64,000 nt of DNA from Candidatus Enterousia sp. (GCA_045592905.1 JAZNVR010000020.1:3471-67470), one strand, 5' to 3'. Positions 1 to 10,969 are shown, counted from the first letter of the stretch. Notes: generated from the letters alone by a model not told the origin. Translations and numbers: made by a program.

Positions 1-2
1 GG

Positions 3-1388
3 TTATCAAATGACAAGCGTAATCAAGAATTGGTTAATGATCCAGATTCGCCTGTGGAAGTATTGATTTTCAAACAGGCTATTGCAACAGGTTGGGATTG
101 TCCGAGAGCACAAATCTTGGTTATGTTGTGCGATATCAAAAGTGTGACATTTGAAATTCAAACTGTCGGCCGTATCTTACGTATGCCAGAATTAAAACAT
201 TATGACGATGATGATTTAAATGCCTCTTATGTATTCACAAATATAGAAAAGCCAGAATACAGTCAAGAAACAGATGCCCAAGCGTTCTTTAAGACATATA
301 TATCTAGATTACAAAATAAAGAAACATTCAAGAATATTACTTTGCCGAATGCTTATTTATTGCGTCAAAATCGTCATCGTTTAGGCGGCGACTTTAGACG
401 CATTCTGGTTGAAACCTTGGACGAAGAATTTGGAATTGAAACACTAGATACCCCAAAACAACGATTAGAAAAGCTGGATGCAAAGCTACAAATTGAACCA
501 GAAGAATTAACAATACCAATTTTATCAGAGGTTGTCCTGAAAAGTTTGGACGACCAAGAACGGGTTATAGCAGAAATAGAAAACAACGAAAACGCATCTA
601 TTACCGCTGATGCACCATATATTCAGCGTCAATTTGACCGTTTATTGCGTGCGTTGGTATCACCGTATGCGCCACACGACTCTATGAACATATTAAAATC
701 TGCCTTATATTATTGGTTCAGATTGAATGGTTTTAGCAATGAATTGATGGTCCAGCGCATTCTGACTTGTTCTGACGAAAGTAAATTTGACGGCAGTCAG
801 AAATTGTTCGCAAAAATCATGGAAAAATCGAAAGCAAAATATGGCCATAATTCTGGTGAAACACGTCAAGAGGAACACAACACATTTAGAATTCCAAGAG
901 AACAGGAATTTGGTCAGAATTATGAAGAATGTAAAATGGATAAACATATATTACAACCATACTATCGACCAAAACAAGATTCAAACCAAAGTTATAAAAC
1001 CGAAATTGCCTTTGAAAATGTATTAAACGCAAGCAATAAAATAGATTGGTGGTATCGCAATAAAGAAGGCGAATCTAAATACTTTGCTGTGATATATGAA
1101 ATGACAAATCCAAGGAAAAATAACGAAATAGAGAAACGTGCTTTTTATCCAGATTATATAGTGAAGTTTAAGGATGGCCGAATTGGTATTTACGATACAA
1201 AATCAGGTTTTACTGTGACTCAACCAGAAACAACAGAAAAATTGCGTGCATTGCACAGTTACATAGCCGAGCATGTCGCAAAAACTAAATTGAATTTATG
1301 TGGTGGTATTATAGATGTACGGGATAATAATTCGTTCTACATAAAATCTGAGCCAGATGGTGACTTTAGTGTTTTTGATGAATTATAA
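3..1388 (+). CDS. Type III restriction endonuclease Res subunit, C-terminal part (5' truncated by window)
   Basis: Frame open from position 3; helicase-C motifs FKQAIATGWDCPRAQ and QTVGRILRMP; C-terminal nuclease FYPDYIV...IYDTK. Confidence 0.85.
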   Translation, partial: LSNDKRNQELVNDPDSPVEVLIFKQAIATGWDCPRAQILVMLCDIKSVTFEIQTVGRILRMPELKHYDDDDLNASYVFTNIEKPEYSQETDAQAFFKTYISRLQNKETFKNITLPNAYLLRQNRHRLGGDFRRILVETLDEEFGIETLDTPKQRLEKLDAKLQIEPEELTIPILSEVVLKSLDDQERVIAEIENNENASITADAPYIQRQFDRLLRALVSPYAPHDSMNILKSALYYWFRLNGFSNELMVQRILTCSDESKFDGSQKLFAKIMEKSKAKYGHNSGETRQEEHNTFRIPREQEFGQNYEECKMDKHILQPYYRPKQDSNQSYKTEIAFENVLNASNKIDWWYRNKEGESKYFAVIYEMTNPRKNNEIEKRAFYPDYIVKFKDGRIGIYDTKSGFTVTQPETTEKLRALHSYIAEHVAKTKLNLCGGIIDVRDNNSFYIKSEPDGDFSVFDEL

Positions 1389-1415
1389 AAAACGTGGTCA
1401 AATGACCACGTTTTT
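1388..1415. terminator. Bidirectional intrinsic terminator
   Basis: aaaaacgtggtca-aa-tgaccacgttttt between convergent genes. Confidence 0.8.
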
Positions 1416-2034
1416 ATCTTATAGATTTTATACTTTCCACCAATTTATAGATGCCCGCAAAGAATAAACACGTATATTCTGATGAATCACCAGCAGACTG
1501 TTTCCATGCTTTAGCCCTCTTTAAAGCATCATCATAGCCTGATTCCATCATGTCAAAATCAAAACGTGGATTTTTGGAATGATGGTATCCAGGCATACAA
1601 TTATTCAATTTACCTTGGTTCACTTTTGGGTCTGCGACTACCTTTTGATTGCAACACAATAATCCCCATGTTTCTATAGATGGCGCATTGAATGCTATGT
1701 TTATCTCTGGTGTATCCGGATTCCGGTTGGCCATGTATGCGCTAATTTTATCAAACGCATCTTTCACCTTTTTTGGAACATCGTTATCAAACACAACCCA
1801 AACTTCAGATTTTTCTGGCAGGGCTGGTCCATCACTAACAAAACGTATTGCAGTAACAGCTAAAGTCAATGGATCGGCAGAGCCTTTGTATATTGAAATT
1901 ACCGTGCAATTATATGCAGCACATAATTGTTTAATATACGCTCCTTCGGTTCCGGTGGTACCGCCCTCGCATGCCAGATAGATTATCTTTTTAGGAGTTC
2001 TACGGCGAAAAGTTATTTCACGATCTCTTCCCAT
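1414..2034 (-). CDS. RloB-family (TOPRIM-like) protein
   Basis: IYLACEG..TE..Y, VWVVFDND, NAPSIETWGLL motifs; directly downstream of an AAA ATPase. Confidence 0.8.
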   Translation of the reverse strand: MGRDREITFRRRTPKKIIYLACEGGTTGTEGAYIKQLCAAYNCTVISIYKGSADPLTLAVTAIRFVSDGPALPEKSEVWVVFDNDVPKKVKDAFDKISAYMANRNPDTPEINIAFNAPSIETWGLLCCNQKVVADPKVNQGKLNNCMPGYHHSKNPRFDFDMMESGYDDALKRAKAWKQSAGDSSEYTCLFFAGIYKLVESIKSIR

Positions 2035-3284
2035 GCCTTTTCATCTCCTAAAAATGGAATTGCACCATACCGCCCATTGATATAGTCTTTTTCCAAATCT
2101 TTATCAAAACGTGGATTTATATCTGTCAAAGGATACAAATCGCTTGCCCCTTCTTCGTCTTTCTCTACGAACCAGATTTCATCAACACGCCAAATATCAT
2201 GGCTTAACAACATTGTATTATGCATAGCCGCAATAATTTGTCCACCCATGTGATTGTTTAACAATCCCTTAAGCAATACTTTTGTCAAGAACGGATGAAA
2301 CAATCCATCAAATTCATCCAACAGCAGTAATTTGCTGCCTGGCATATTTTTGTATGAATACAACAAGAACCCGAGTTTAAACAGTTTGATCGTACCGGCG
2401 GATTCCTTTGATAACGTAAAAGGAACATCGCCATGCATTGTTATCAGGTTTTGTACTCTGATTCCACCACGATCGGCAATAAATACATAGTAATCGTCAC
2501 CATACTGACGTATCAATGCATGTCCTGGTTGCAATTTGGACAAGTCTGGGTCCCGTGCAATTTGTTCTGGGGTTGCCGGTGGCAAATCCCGCAAATCAAC
2601 ATCGGTTATTCCGGTATCTGCTTGTTTCAACAAACCTTTCAGGAATCTTTTAAACAAAGGCTCTCTAAATCCGTTATAGATGTACCCACCTGGTACTTCT
2701 GTTTTCGGATCAAAGAATGCGATTCCTCTTAAGAATTCGTCAATGTTAACAAAGTGTTGATTCCCAGGAATCTTATTATCGATTATCCCGTCACTTAGTA
2801 TTTTTGACATCAATGTAACGTCTTTTGGGCAGGTTCTGTTTTTATACCATTCGGTTTGAAACTTCTTGCCATATTCCGTTGTAAGTCCTGTTCTTTTGAA
2901 AATCAAATTGCGTTTTGTTTTTTCCGTAAAAGATATTTCTTCATTCAAAATCATTGTCGAATCAAACGATATTTTGTAAATGTAATTTACTCCGTTTGAT
3001 TTAAATTCAATTTCAAACTCTGTCGGAATGCCAACATTTTGCATAAACGCATTTAATGCGTTCAGTTTCAAAATGCTGTTTGGATACGCAAACATCGGCA
3101 CAAAACCTATCGCTTTCAACAGATTTGTCTTTCCAGACGCATTTGCCCCATATACAACAGCCCCCGATAACACACCTTTGTCCAGAATGTGTTCTGGATG
3201 TTGCTGTATAGCGGTCTTTTCCATTGACAAGGTTACTTTGTTTTTGAATGACGCAAAATTAGACACAGAAAAGTTTATTAACAT
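2013..3284 (-). CDS. RloA-like AAA_21 ATPase
   Basis: MLINFSVSNFASF start, YGANASGKTN Walker A, ESAGT signature, LLLDEFD Walker B, DEIWFVEK, YINGRYGAIP end. Confidence 0.88.
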   Translation of the reverse strand: MLINFSVSNFASFKNKVTLSMEKTAIQQHPEHILDKGVLSGAVVYGANASGKTNLLKAIGFVPMFAYPNSILKLNALNAFMQNVGIPTEFEIEFKSNGVNYIYKISFDSTMILNEEISFTEKTKRNLIFKRTGLTTEYGKKFQTEWYKNRTCPKDVTLMSKILSDGIIDNKIPGNQHFVNIDEFLRGIAFFDPKTEVPGGYIYNGFREPLFKRFLKGLLKQADTGITDVDLRDLPPATPEQIARDPDLSKLQPGHALIRQYGDDYYVFIADRGGIRVQNLITMHGDVPFTLSKESAGTIKLFKLGFLLYSYKNMPGSKLLLLDEFDGLFHPFLTKVLLKGLLNNHMGGQIIAAMHNTMLLSHDIWRVDEIWFVEKDEEGASDLYPLTDINPRFDKDLEKDYINGRYGAIPFLGDEKAWEEIVK

Positions 3285-3707
3285 ATCAAAACCTCTTCTT
3301 TACGATCAATAATATCAAATTTCGGCCAAAAAGTCAAGACAAATGTGAAAAAATCACATTTATTTGTAAAAAATGATGGTTTTTGACCATTTTCCATAAT
3401 TTTGGTTATACATACCTACGATATAAAAAATAAAAATCTGCGCCAAGTATTTACATCACCAAATATCAATGTTCAGCGATTGATAAGAAATCATTTAAAT
3501 TCTTTTTTAAGTTCTTATTTAAGAGATTATTTCAGTATTAAAAATCACAAAAAATTATATTGATTAACGGGTATTTAATGGATATTTTTACCAACTTGAA
3601 ATTTACACATATGTACACCACTTGTTTTTTTATGCACCATACCAACACGAAAAAAAGCCCCGATTCCTGCGGTATTGCGAAGTTTTTTTTACTTCCAATT
3701 AAATTTG

Positions 3708-3752
3708 CTGTTAATCCGTATGTCGTTGGTTCGAGCCCAACTGCCCAAGCCA
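3708..3752 (+). other. Displaced 3' half of tRNA-Asn(GTT); probable att site
   Basis: CTGTTAA anticodon loop, T-arm gttggTTCGAGCccaac, acceptor 3' strand + G-CCA; no D-arm or 5' acceptor strand upstream. Confidence 0.75.
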
Positions 3753-3965
3753 AGTTTTCCAAGGGTTTCACACGAAACCCTTTTTCTTCTACTTTGCGTT
3801 TGCTACCTATTTGCTACCACGAACATATATCTTAATTATGTAAAATCCTTGAATATTAAACATTATTTAGTATTATACAACCCAGAAAAAACAAAGGGTT
3901 CACGATGATTGAAGTTAAAATTTTAAATGAATGTACATTATTACAGGCATGCGAATGGATTGCGT

Positions 3966-4259
3966 TCAAATGGGAACCGATGAACAACGTTTATAACCAA
4001 TATCAAATAAAAAACCATTAAAGTTTTTTAAAACGGTTTCATAATTTTCAATTTCTTGCACAAAATTATCGCCAAACACAAAACCGCTGTGAATGCCTTT
4101 GTCCAATAATATAAAAACATCATCGGCCAAATCTTCATATCGATCATATCCATTATGCCGACAAAATCTTATTAATCTTATATTATAATCATAAATAGTG
4201 CTTGGTTTGAAACCTTGTTCTTTTAACCAAGTTTTGAATTTTTGTTTCAGCATAGACAT
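3966..4259 (-). CDS. Small hypothetical protein, weakly like an integrase N-terminal SAM-like domain
   Basis: FKTWLKEQGFKPSTIYDY pattern; AAGGA RBS. Confidence 0.45.
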   Translation of the reverse strand: MSMLKQKFKTWLKEQGFKPSTIYDYNIRLIRFCRHNGYDRYEDLADDVFILLDKGIHSGFVFGDNFVQEIENYETVLKNFNGFLFDIGYKRCSSVPI

Positions 4260-4385
4260 GTCCTTTTATACATTAATATTTTACACAAGTATGAAACACT
4301 TGCAATCACATTCTGTGTACTGAATACACACGCACAAGAACAATGACCTTCGCGTAAGAAGGGTCATAAGGAACTTTAAACAATA

Positions 4386-5198
4386 TTATGGCACAAAGAT
4401 ATTTAATTTTATAACTTTACAACCGAACGACAAATCCAACAAATACACATCCCTAAACACGGATTTAAAGTCATGTTTTTGTAATTCATTAGAAAAATGA
4501 ACAAAACAATTATCAACCACAACCAACAAATCACATTCATCACAATTCTTCTTATACGATTCAAATTTTCTATTTTTACTATCTATCGTTTTTTGCAATT
4601 CATCAAACGGATCTTCGATACACAACCCCATATTATTAACATGACAAGAAGTATTGGGTTCATGCATTCTACTGGCATGTAAAATAAATGTTTGTCCTTT
4701 TAAATCCACCCACTTTTTTGTTACCCCAAAATCTTTTATTCCTTCTGATTCCAAAACAGATACAAAAATATCTTTGAGTTCTTCGACAGATGCATTTATG
4801 TAATCAAAACCAGGATTGTTATGGACATCTATATGATCTTTCCATTTCACACTATTCTCTCTGGGATCATATACATCTATAACCAAAGACAAAGGGATAC
4901 CTTTTTGTTTAAAATATCCAACAACTTTCTTAGCCGCACCTTCAAGACGCATAGTTGCTTTATTTTTATCGTTCTCGTAAATAAAGTTGACAATTTCCAA
5001 ACCAATTGTTGGTTGATCAGGTACTTCAAATATAAAATCCGGACATTCACAAGGCTTCTTAGTTGTGATACCGTTATCTTCAGCCCATTTTATACCAATT
5101 TTATGGCGTGCAAACAAAGCCAAATAAGTTGCTTCGTTTCCTTTTTGGCTATCTTCTTGAATAATAAACTGTCCACCCTTGTGTACAACTTCTGACAT
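4386..5198 (-). CDS. Hypothetical protein, possible PD-(D/E)xK nuclease fold
   Basis: 270-aa ORF with ECPDFIF...IGLEIV motif; AAGGA RBS. Confidence 0.5.
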   Translation of the reverse strand: MSEVVHKGGQFIIQEDSQKGNEATYLALFARHKIGIKWAEDNGITTKKPCECPDFIFEVPDQPTIGLEIVNFIYENDKNKATMRLEGAAKKVVGYFKQKGIPLSLVIDVYDPRENSVKWKDHIDVHNNPGFDYINASVEELKDIFVSVLESEGIKDFGVTKKWVDLKGQTFILHASRMHEPNTSCHVNNMGLCIEDPFDELQKTIDSKNRKFESYKKNCDECDLLVVVDNCFVHFSNELQKHDFKSVFRDVYLLDLSFGCKVIKLNIFVP

Positions 5199-5307
5199 TC
5201 CAAATCCTTTGCTTAAAAATACTAAAAAATAAATCCATATACAACCACAAAAAAACTGTTGATTTTAAACATTTTTTATGAATATATACATATAAAAAGG
5301 GTAAAAA

Positions 5308-6372
5308 ATGAAATTTTTAAAATTAGATTTATCTTTTAGTAAAATTATTAGTTTCGCTGTCGTAACGATTGTGTGCATATTAGCTTTTGTATCAATAAAC
5401 ACATGTCAACAAGAATTAAAAAAAATTATATTACAAAACGAACAAATACAGATAAATTTATCAAAAACAAAAAATAATTCAGATTTGCAAAAATTATTAG
5501 CAGAATACCATATTAATAATGCTAATTATTCTAAACAATTTTATGAAAAACAAAGTGAATGGTTAAATGTATGGTTATTAATTGTAGGTATATTACTTAC
5601 AACAATAGCCATTATTGCACCACTTCGTTTTTCAGCAAACATTAAACAAATCCAGAAAGATGGCGATGATGTTATAAAAGATATCAGACTAAGAAACATG
5701 CAAGTATCGCAAAAATTAAAAGAAGAAAACGACAAAAGGAATTTGGATTTAATTAAATTTAGACTTGAATATAGAGTATTATTAGAACTTCAATGGTTTG
5801 GGTTTATCACTACTGAACAACAACTGCAAAAATATATTGATAATACACTGCTTGTTATAGATACAGAATGTGCAGACAACCAACAAGAAACACGTTTTAA
5901 GAACAACCTTTATGCTAAAGTATTTCTTCACCAATCTAGATGGTATAATCATAACAAAACATTAACAGAAACTTATAAAAAATCTATTGAATGCGTCAAT
6001 AAAGCTTTACTTTATTCGCCAGACGATGTGGATTTATATATTCATAAAAGTTATATAATAGCAACCGGCAACGAAGAAAACAAACACGATCAGGTTATTG
6101 AATTGCTGGAAAATGTTTTATCTGTTTACTGCTCCAATATAAAAACCTCCGCTTTAAATACAATATATTATAATTTGGCAGAAGCTTACATATTATCCGG
6201 TATTAATAATAATTTATTAAAAGCGATTGATTTATTACCAAAAATAGACACAACAAAAATTCATAAAGATGTGTTAGCAAAAGATTTTATGTCTTGGAAA
6301 CGAAAGTTGCAAAGCATGCCAAATTCTAATAAAAAACAACAGATAATAACATTTATAGATAAACATTCTTAA
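5308..6372 (+). CDS. Membrane-anchored protein with C-terminal TPR-like repeats
   Basis: Two hydrophobic segments; KALLYSPDDVDLY and IYYNLAEAYIL TPR-like patterns; very AT-rich. Confidence 0.55.
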   Translation: MKFLKLDLSFSKIISFAVVTIVCILAFVSINTCQQELKKIILQNEQIQINLSKTKNNSDLQKLLAEYHINNANYSKQFYEKQSEWLNVWLLIVGILLTTIAIIAPLRFSANIKQIQKDGDDVIKDIRLRNMQVSQKLKEENDKRNLDLIKFRLEYRVLLELQWFGFITTEQQLQKYIDNTLLVIDTECADNQQETRFKNNLYAKVFLHQSRWYNHNKTLTETYKKSIECVNKALLYSPDDVDLYIHKSYIIATGNEENKHDQVIELLENVLSVYCSNIKTSALNTIYYNLAEAYILSGINNNLLKAIDLLPKIDTTKIHKDVLAKDFMSWKRKLQSMPNSNKKQQIITFIDKHS

Positions 6373-6471
6373 ATAAGTCGTGGCTTGCACCTTATGGTAC
6401 ACACGTATGATTTTATTTGAAACTTTGGACTTTTTGTATTAGTATCAACCTTGAAACGATAGGAATTTATT

Positions 6472-7295
6472 ATGACAGGAAAAAGTATTAAAATTTACTT
6501 ACCAACAGGAAAGCCTGACGGCTTAAGAAAAGCATATATTACCACAGAAAAACCAGTGGTTTTTCGTATACCGCTTACAGAAATTAGTAACAACATTGAC
6601 CTTCTAGACTTTAATGGTATATATATATTTTAATCGACAGTATAACGACAGAAGCACCACAGATATATGTTGGCAAAGGCAAGGTAAAGTCCAGAATCCA
6701 ACAACACATAAAAAAGAAGACTTTCTGGAATACTGTTTTTGCAATACAACTTGATAGTGCTAGTGGGTTTAGTGATACTGATATTTCCTATCTTGAATAT
6801 TATTTTATAAAGAAAAGCAAAGATTTTAAAAACATAAATTCAGAAGAAAACAAGCAATTTCCGCAGAAACCTCGTTTAAAAGATGAAGAGTTAGATGATT
6901 TACATTGTTATATAGACACGATTGAACTTCTTTTGTCAGAGTTGGGCTTAAAATGTTTTCAAGATGAACCAAAAGACAATCTATTCACATGCCAGGATAA
7001 ATACGGCAGTTTCGGTCAAGGACGTTACAACGCTAATTCTGGTCTTTTGTTATTGAAAGGTGCAAAGTGCAGAATAGAAATGCACAAAGGTACAAAAAGC
7101 TTACCTAAACGTGATGATTTAATAAAAAAACATGTTTTACAAGAAAAGGATGGATTCTACATATTGCAAGAAGATGTTCTTTTCTCTTCCGTCTCATCCG
7201 CTGCTCAAATTGTGTTGGCAAGACGTGCTAACGGCTGGACTGAATGGAAGAACAAGTCTGGAAAAACATTGGATGATTTATACAGGATAAAATAG
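6472..7295 (+). pseudogene. GIY-YIG nuclease / DUF4357 protein, frameshifted in a (TA)5 tract
   Basis: ATG 6472 reads MTGKSIKIYL...GIYIF then stop at 6631; removing one TA gives GIYILID...IYVGKG...RIQQH, open to 7295 and ending FSSVSSAAQIVLARRANGWTEWK. Confidence 0.8.
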
Positions 7296-7642
7296 TATCA
7301 ACCTTTATTCCAATTGTTTAGAAACAGCTCGCATATTCTACCCAGACTAGTAAAATCATCAGGATTTTCAACTCGATACGTGCGAGTTATCTCGAGCCAG
7401 AATTTGTACCGTCCTGCTAAAGGGCGGTTTTTCTTTGGATTTCTAAGTTTTTTTTGCGGTTCGGCAATGCCGGTTGTAAAACAGGTTGTTTTTCAGGCGT
7501 TATCGAACTACATAATAAAAAAGGATAGAAATCTAACCTTTTTCTTAGTTCGAGTCCGCCTTGCCTGTTTGGTTAATCAAAAACTCTGTCCTGGTCCAGC
7601 ATATCTTGAACTGCATTTGCATCGTTTTTCGGGACATCTGAC

Positions 7643-8317
7643 CTATTTCTTTTTGATAAGTATATGCCAATGATAACTTTCGTATGTTTGATTGTCTTTC
7701 CGGTAATAAGTCCCGATATGTTTCACATCAAGAATTTCAAAGTCTTGGAATAATTTTAACAACAAACCATAATCAGCATAAAAGTGAGGAACCATATATT
7801 CGGGTCCCGGCTCGTCACGTAATTTAGTATTTTCATCAACAACAGGCCAATTTTGTTTGTAGCCCCACGTTTCTTTTGAGCCCAAAGTCAAATAACATTC
7901 ACCACCAGATTTCAAAATACGCTTTAACTCTTCTGTTATTTTATATACACCATTTGTATCTGTGTGAGAAATGACATTAAAACATAAAATACAATCCATA
8001 CTTTCGTCCGCAAAAGGAACGTTTAACATATCGCCTTGTTTAATATCAATATTCAGCCCCATTTCTTGTGCCCATTTAGCAGTATGTTCTATGGCTTTAT
8101 CACTAATATCAAATGCCGACACATTAAAATCATTAGAAGCAAATAAAATAGTATGTCGCCCCAGTCCACAACCCAAATCCAAGAAATTTTTTTTGCTTTG
8201 TTGCTTCCAACGCGTCATTAAATAAAACGATTCTGAAGCAGGTTTTTTCCATACGTCTGCAAAATCACCAGAAACAATATTCCAATTCCAACCCTGAGAT
8301 TTGATAATATCTGACAT
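7643..8317 (-). CDS. Class I SAM-dependent methyltransferase
   Basis: FLDLGCGLGRH motif I, VSAFDIS, PFADESMD, LKSGG. Confidence 0.9.
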   Translation of the reverse strand: MSDIIKSQGWNWNIVSGDFADVWKKPASESFYLMTRWKQQSKKNFLDLGCGLGRHTILFASNDFNVSAFDISDKAIEHTAKWAQEMGLNIDIKQGDMLNVPFADESMDCILCFNVISHTDTNGVYKITEELKRILKSGGECYLTLGSKETWGYKQNWPVVDENTKLRDEPGPEYMVPHFYADYGLLLKLFQDFEILDVKHIGTYYRKDNQTYESYHWHILIKKK

Positions 8318-8360
8318 AGCATATCCTTTTACTCATATTTTAATATACAATCCCCATAAA

Positions 8361-8747
8361 TCAATATGGTTTTTGGGATAAGATTTGCGACACGATTAAA
8401 TCTGCTGGCAGTTGCGGATGCGACAGCAATTCTGATATCAACACCCAGTGCATATAGTCATGGACACGCAATTGGATTTCGCCGGTGAAGGATTTGATTT
8501 CGTATGTATGAAGTTCAATAACCTTGCCTGAATCTGTTGTGTGTTCTGCGATTGTAATCAGGTCGCCAATTTCTGTGTCTATTCCCAATTCTTCAAACAG
8601 TTCCCTGCGCAGGCATGTTGGGCCGTCTTCACCATCTTCAAACTTACCACCGGGGTATTCCCATTCACCCGCCAATGGCTGGTCAGCCGCCCGTCGCATC
8701 AGCAGAACTTTATCCCCATCCCTAAAAATCGCAGCAGTTACTTTCAT
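8361..8747 (-). CDS. MutT/NudG-like Nudix hydrolase
   Basis: Nudix box WEYPGGKFEDGEDGPTCLRRELFEELG; LPAD near C-terminus. Confidence 0.9.
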   Translation of the reverse strand: MKVTAAIFRDGDKVLLMRRAADQPLAGEWEYPGGKFEDGEDGPTCLRRELFEELGIDTEIGDLITIAEHTTDSGKVIELHTYEIKSFTGEIQLRVHDYMHWVLISELLSHPQLPADLIVSQILSQKPY

Positions 8748-8787
8748 ATAGAATTATCAAACTTCTAATTTAGGCATATGATTTACA

Positions 8788-9063
8788 TTACACACCGCTT
8801 CGTCCATATACTATTTTGAAATTCCAGCGTTTCTTTTTGCGGACACAAAGGTGCGGGCGGTCAGAATCAATGATAAAAACAATCTTGCCAATCCAAATCC
8901 TGAAGTATCTTGCATACACTTTCTTGAATTTCACAGGTTCATGGGTTCGCATTTCGGTTCCATCGGTGTATTCAACCTCGGTACTGCGACCAATGCCGTA
9001 TTTATTATTATTAAAGTCCAGTCCGTATTCTATAAATATCTTTTTTACCTTTGGCATTTGCAA
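8788..9063 (-). CDS. Small basic protein, DUF3977-like
   Basis: FIEYG...STEVEYTDGTE...YFRIWIGKIVFIIDS pattern. Confidence 0.55.
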   Translation of the reverse strand: MQMPKVKKIFIEYGLDFNNNKYGIGRSTEVEYTDGTEMRTHEPVKFKKVYARYFRIWIGKIVFIIDSDRPHLCVRKKKRWNFKIVYGRSGV

Positions 9064-9070
9064 CTAACCT

Positions 9071-9580
9071 TTATCGTTGTTTGGTAACAAAATCTGCTAT
9101 TTGTTTGGCAGTCTGGGGTGGGGTCTGTCCGTCATTGTTTATTATCAAATCTGCATTTTTCGGTCTGTGATAGTTTTCATTATACATTTCACGTATACGT
9201 CCAATTTCCCAGTTGGTCAATGTACGTGATCCACGATTAGTCAAACAATTTTCCAAACTGGGGGCCAATGTAACTGCAATAAAACGTGTGTTCTTATCAA
9301 TATGTGCCGACCAACGTTGATACAGATTTTCTGTCATTGGATACGCAAAAATAATTGTTTCGTATTGTTGTTGATTTTTCTGCTGGGAAATAATTTTATC
9401 CAATCGGTTCAGCCGTTCGCCCCAGCCGGCCTGCATGGTCAAACCTAATTTTTTCTCTTCATCATCTGATAACAAGTCATCAACTTCTATAAAAACTGCG
9501 TGGGGTAATATTTGCACCAACAGTTTAGATACTGTTGATTTGCCAGAATTTATCGGGCCGTTGACATTCAGAATCAGCAT
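9071..9580 (-). CDS. P-loop nucleotide/shikimate kinase-like protein
   Basis: LNVNGPINSGKST Walker A, FIEVDD, IINNDGQTP. Confidence 0.75.
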   Translation of the reverse strand: MLILNVNGPINSGKSTVSKLLVQILPHAVFIEVDDLLSDDEEKKLGLTMQAGWGERLNRLDKIISQQKNQQQYETIIFAYPMTENLYQRWSAHIDKNTRFIAVTLAPSLENCLTNRGSRTLTNWEIGRIREMYNENYHRPKNADLIINNDGQTPPQTAKQIADFVTKQR

Positions 9581-9757
9581 TACAGTGTATCCTTTTTGAT
9601 ATTCTATACCGATTTTTTAGAAATATCAAATTTTATCTAGTCAAAGTGAATCCGACAAGTGTCTTTGGTTAATCACATATGCATATATTGTCAATATCAT
9701 CCTGCTTTAACAATTATTGTGATTGCATAAATTCCTAAAACGATATACCATGTACGC

Positions 9758-10969
9758 ATGGCGAAAAATTTTAATGAGATTTCTGTAAAAAGTGGATTAT
9801 CCTGGCTAAAAATCGGGTGGTTTTTTCATCACTTTATGTTAATAGTACCTGTTATTGTTTTAGTGTATACAAACAAGGGTGTATCTGTTGGGGATTTCTT
9901 TCTGACTCAAGGCATATTCCGATTGGCTGCGTTTTTATTTGAAATTCCATCGGGATATTTATCAGATTGCTTTAGCCGGAAAAAAGTACTGATTTTAGGT
10001 GCATTATTTTCATTGCTGGGATATGCAATTATTGCTGTTGCATATGGATTTTGGGCATTGGTTATTGGTGAAGCAATGTTGGGAATATCCAGTGCCTTGT
10101 TTTCCGGAACACTGGAAGCGTACACATACGACCTGTTAAAACGGAATAAAACACAAAAACAATTTCTGAAAGAATTTGGTGCCATTTCAACTGTTGCCAG
10201 TGTTGCTTGTTTTATTGCTGCGATTATGGGCGGATTATTATATGGCGTAATTGGTGCAAATGGTGTTTTATGGACAGAAGTATCATTCGCAATCATTGCT
10301 GTTATCGCATTGTTATTTATACCAGAACTGACTGAAATAAAACGCACTGTGAAGCAAAAAAGTGCAATTACAGATGCGATATCTATTACTGTGAATACAT
10401 TGAAGAATCCTAAATTAAGGAACTTGATTTTATTCCCATCATTGTTTGGTGGATTTACAATTGTTTTATTGTGGATTATGCAACCAATTATGGAAACAGC
10501 ACATGTTCCTGTTGAATTGTTTGGTTTTTATATGGGAATTAACCAGTTGGCGGCTATATTCTTTTCTAAATACGCATACAAAATATGTGAAAAATTGGGC
10601 GAAATCGCTGTTTCTGTTATAACGATTGCGGCAATTATAATCGGTGCAACAATGGGATTAATTGCCATACACATTAACAGTATGCCAATTATATACGCAT
10701 CATGTGCCATTATGGCAATCGTGCCTGCGATACGTATATTAAATAACCTGCAATACAATACACTGATTCATCATACAATTAAGTCAATAGAACGTGGCAC
10801 TGTTTTGTCTACACGTGAAATGACATCAACTATATTTGGTGCAATGTTCTTGATTTTTGCAAAGTTCTTGATGGATGGTTTTAGCACAACAACAACATTG
10901 ATATTTATTCTGGGAATGGTAATTACACTGATATTATCTTTACAGCGTGTATCAAAGTATATTAAATAA
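9758..10969 (+). CDS. MFS transporter
   Basis: About 12 hydrophobic helices; FEIPSGYLSDCFSRK MFS motif A; SGTLEAYTYD. Confidence 0.9.
   Translation: MAKNFNEISVKSGLSWLKIGWFFHHFMLIVPVIVLVYTNKGVSVGDFFLTQGIFRLAAFLFEIPSGYLSDCFSRKKVLILGALFSLLGYAIIAVAYGFWALVIGEAMLGISSALFSGTLEAYTYDLLKRNKTQKQFLKEFGAISTVASVACFIAAIMGGLLYGVIGANGVLWTEVSFAIIAVIALLFIPELTEIKRTVKQKSAITDAISITVNTLKNPKLRNLILFPSLFGGFTIVLLWIMQPIMETAHVPVELFGFYMGINQLAAIFFSKYAYKICEKLGEIAVSVITIAAIIIGATMGLIAIHINSMPIIYASCAIMAIVPAIRILNNLQYNTLIHHTIKSIERGTVLSTREMTSTIFGAMFLIFAKFLMDGFSTTTTLIFILGMVITLILSLQRVSKYIK

Larger units (their letters stand above)
1..3752. mobile_element. Right end of an integrated defence island (Type III RM res + RloAB), bounded by a tRNA-Asn 3' fragment
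   Basis: Defence genes followed by an isolated tRNA 3' half at 3708-3752; the left end and integrase are outside the window. Confidence 0.6.

Noticed and set aside
3538-3908. Short ORFs overlapping the tRNA fragment
   Set aside because: Translations of tRNA and intergenic sequence with no RBS or motifs
7314-7673. 119-aa plus-strand ORF
   Set aside because: Atypical composition, spans a terminator-like hairpin and overlaps the methyltransferase; more likely intergenic sequence or gene debris
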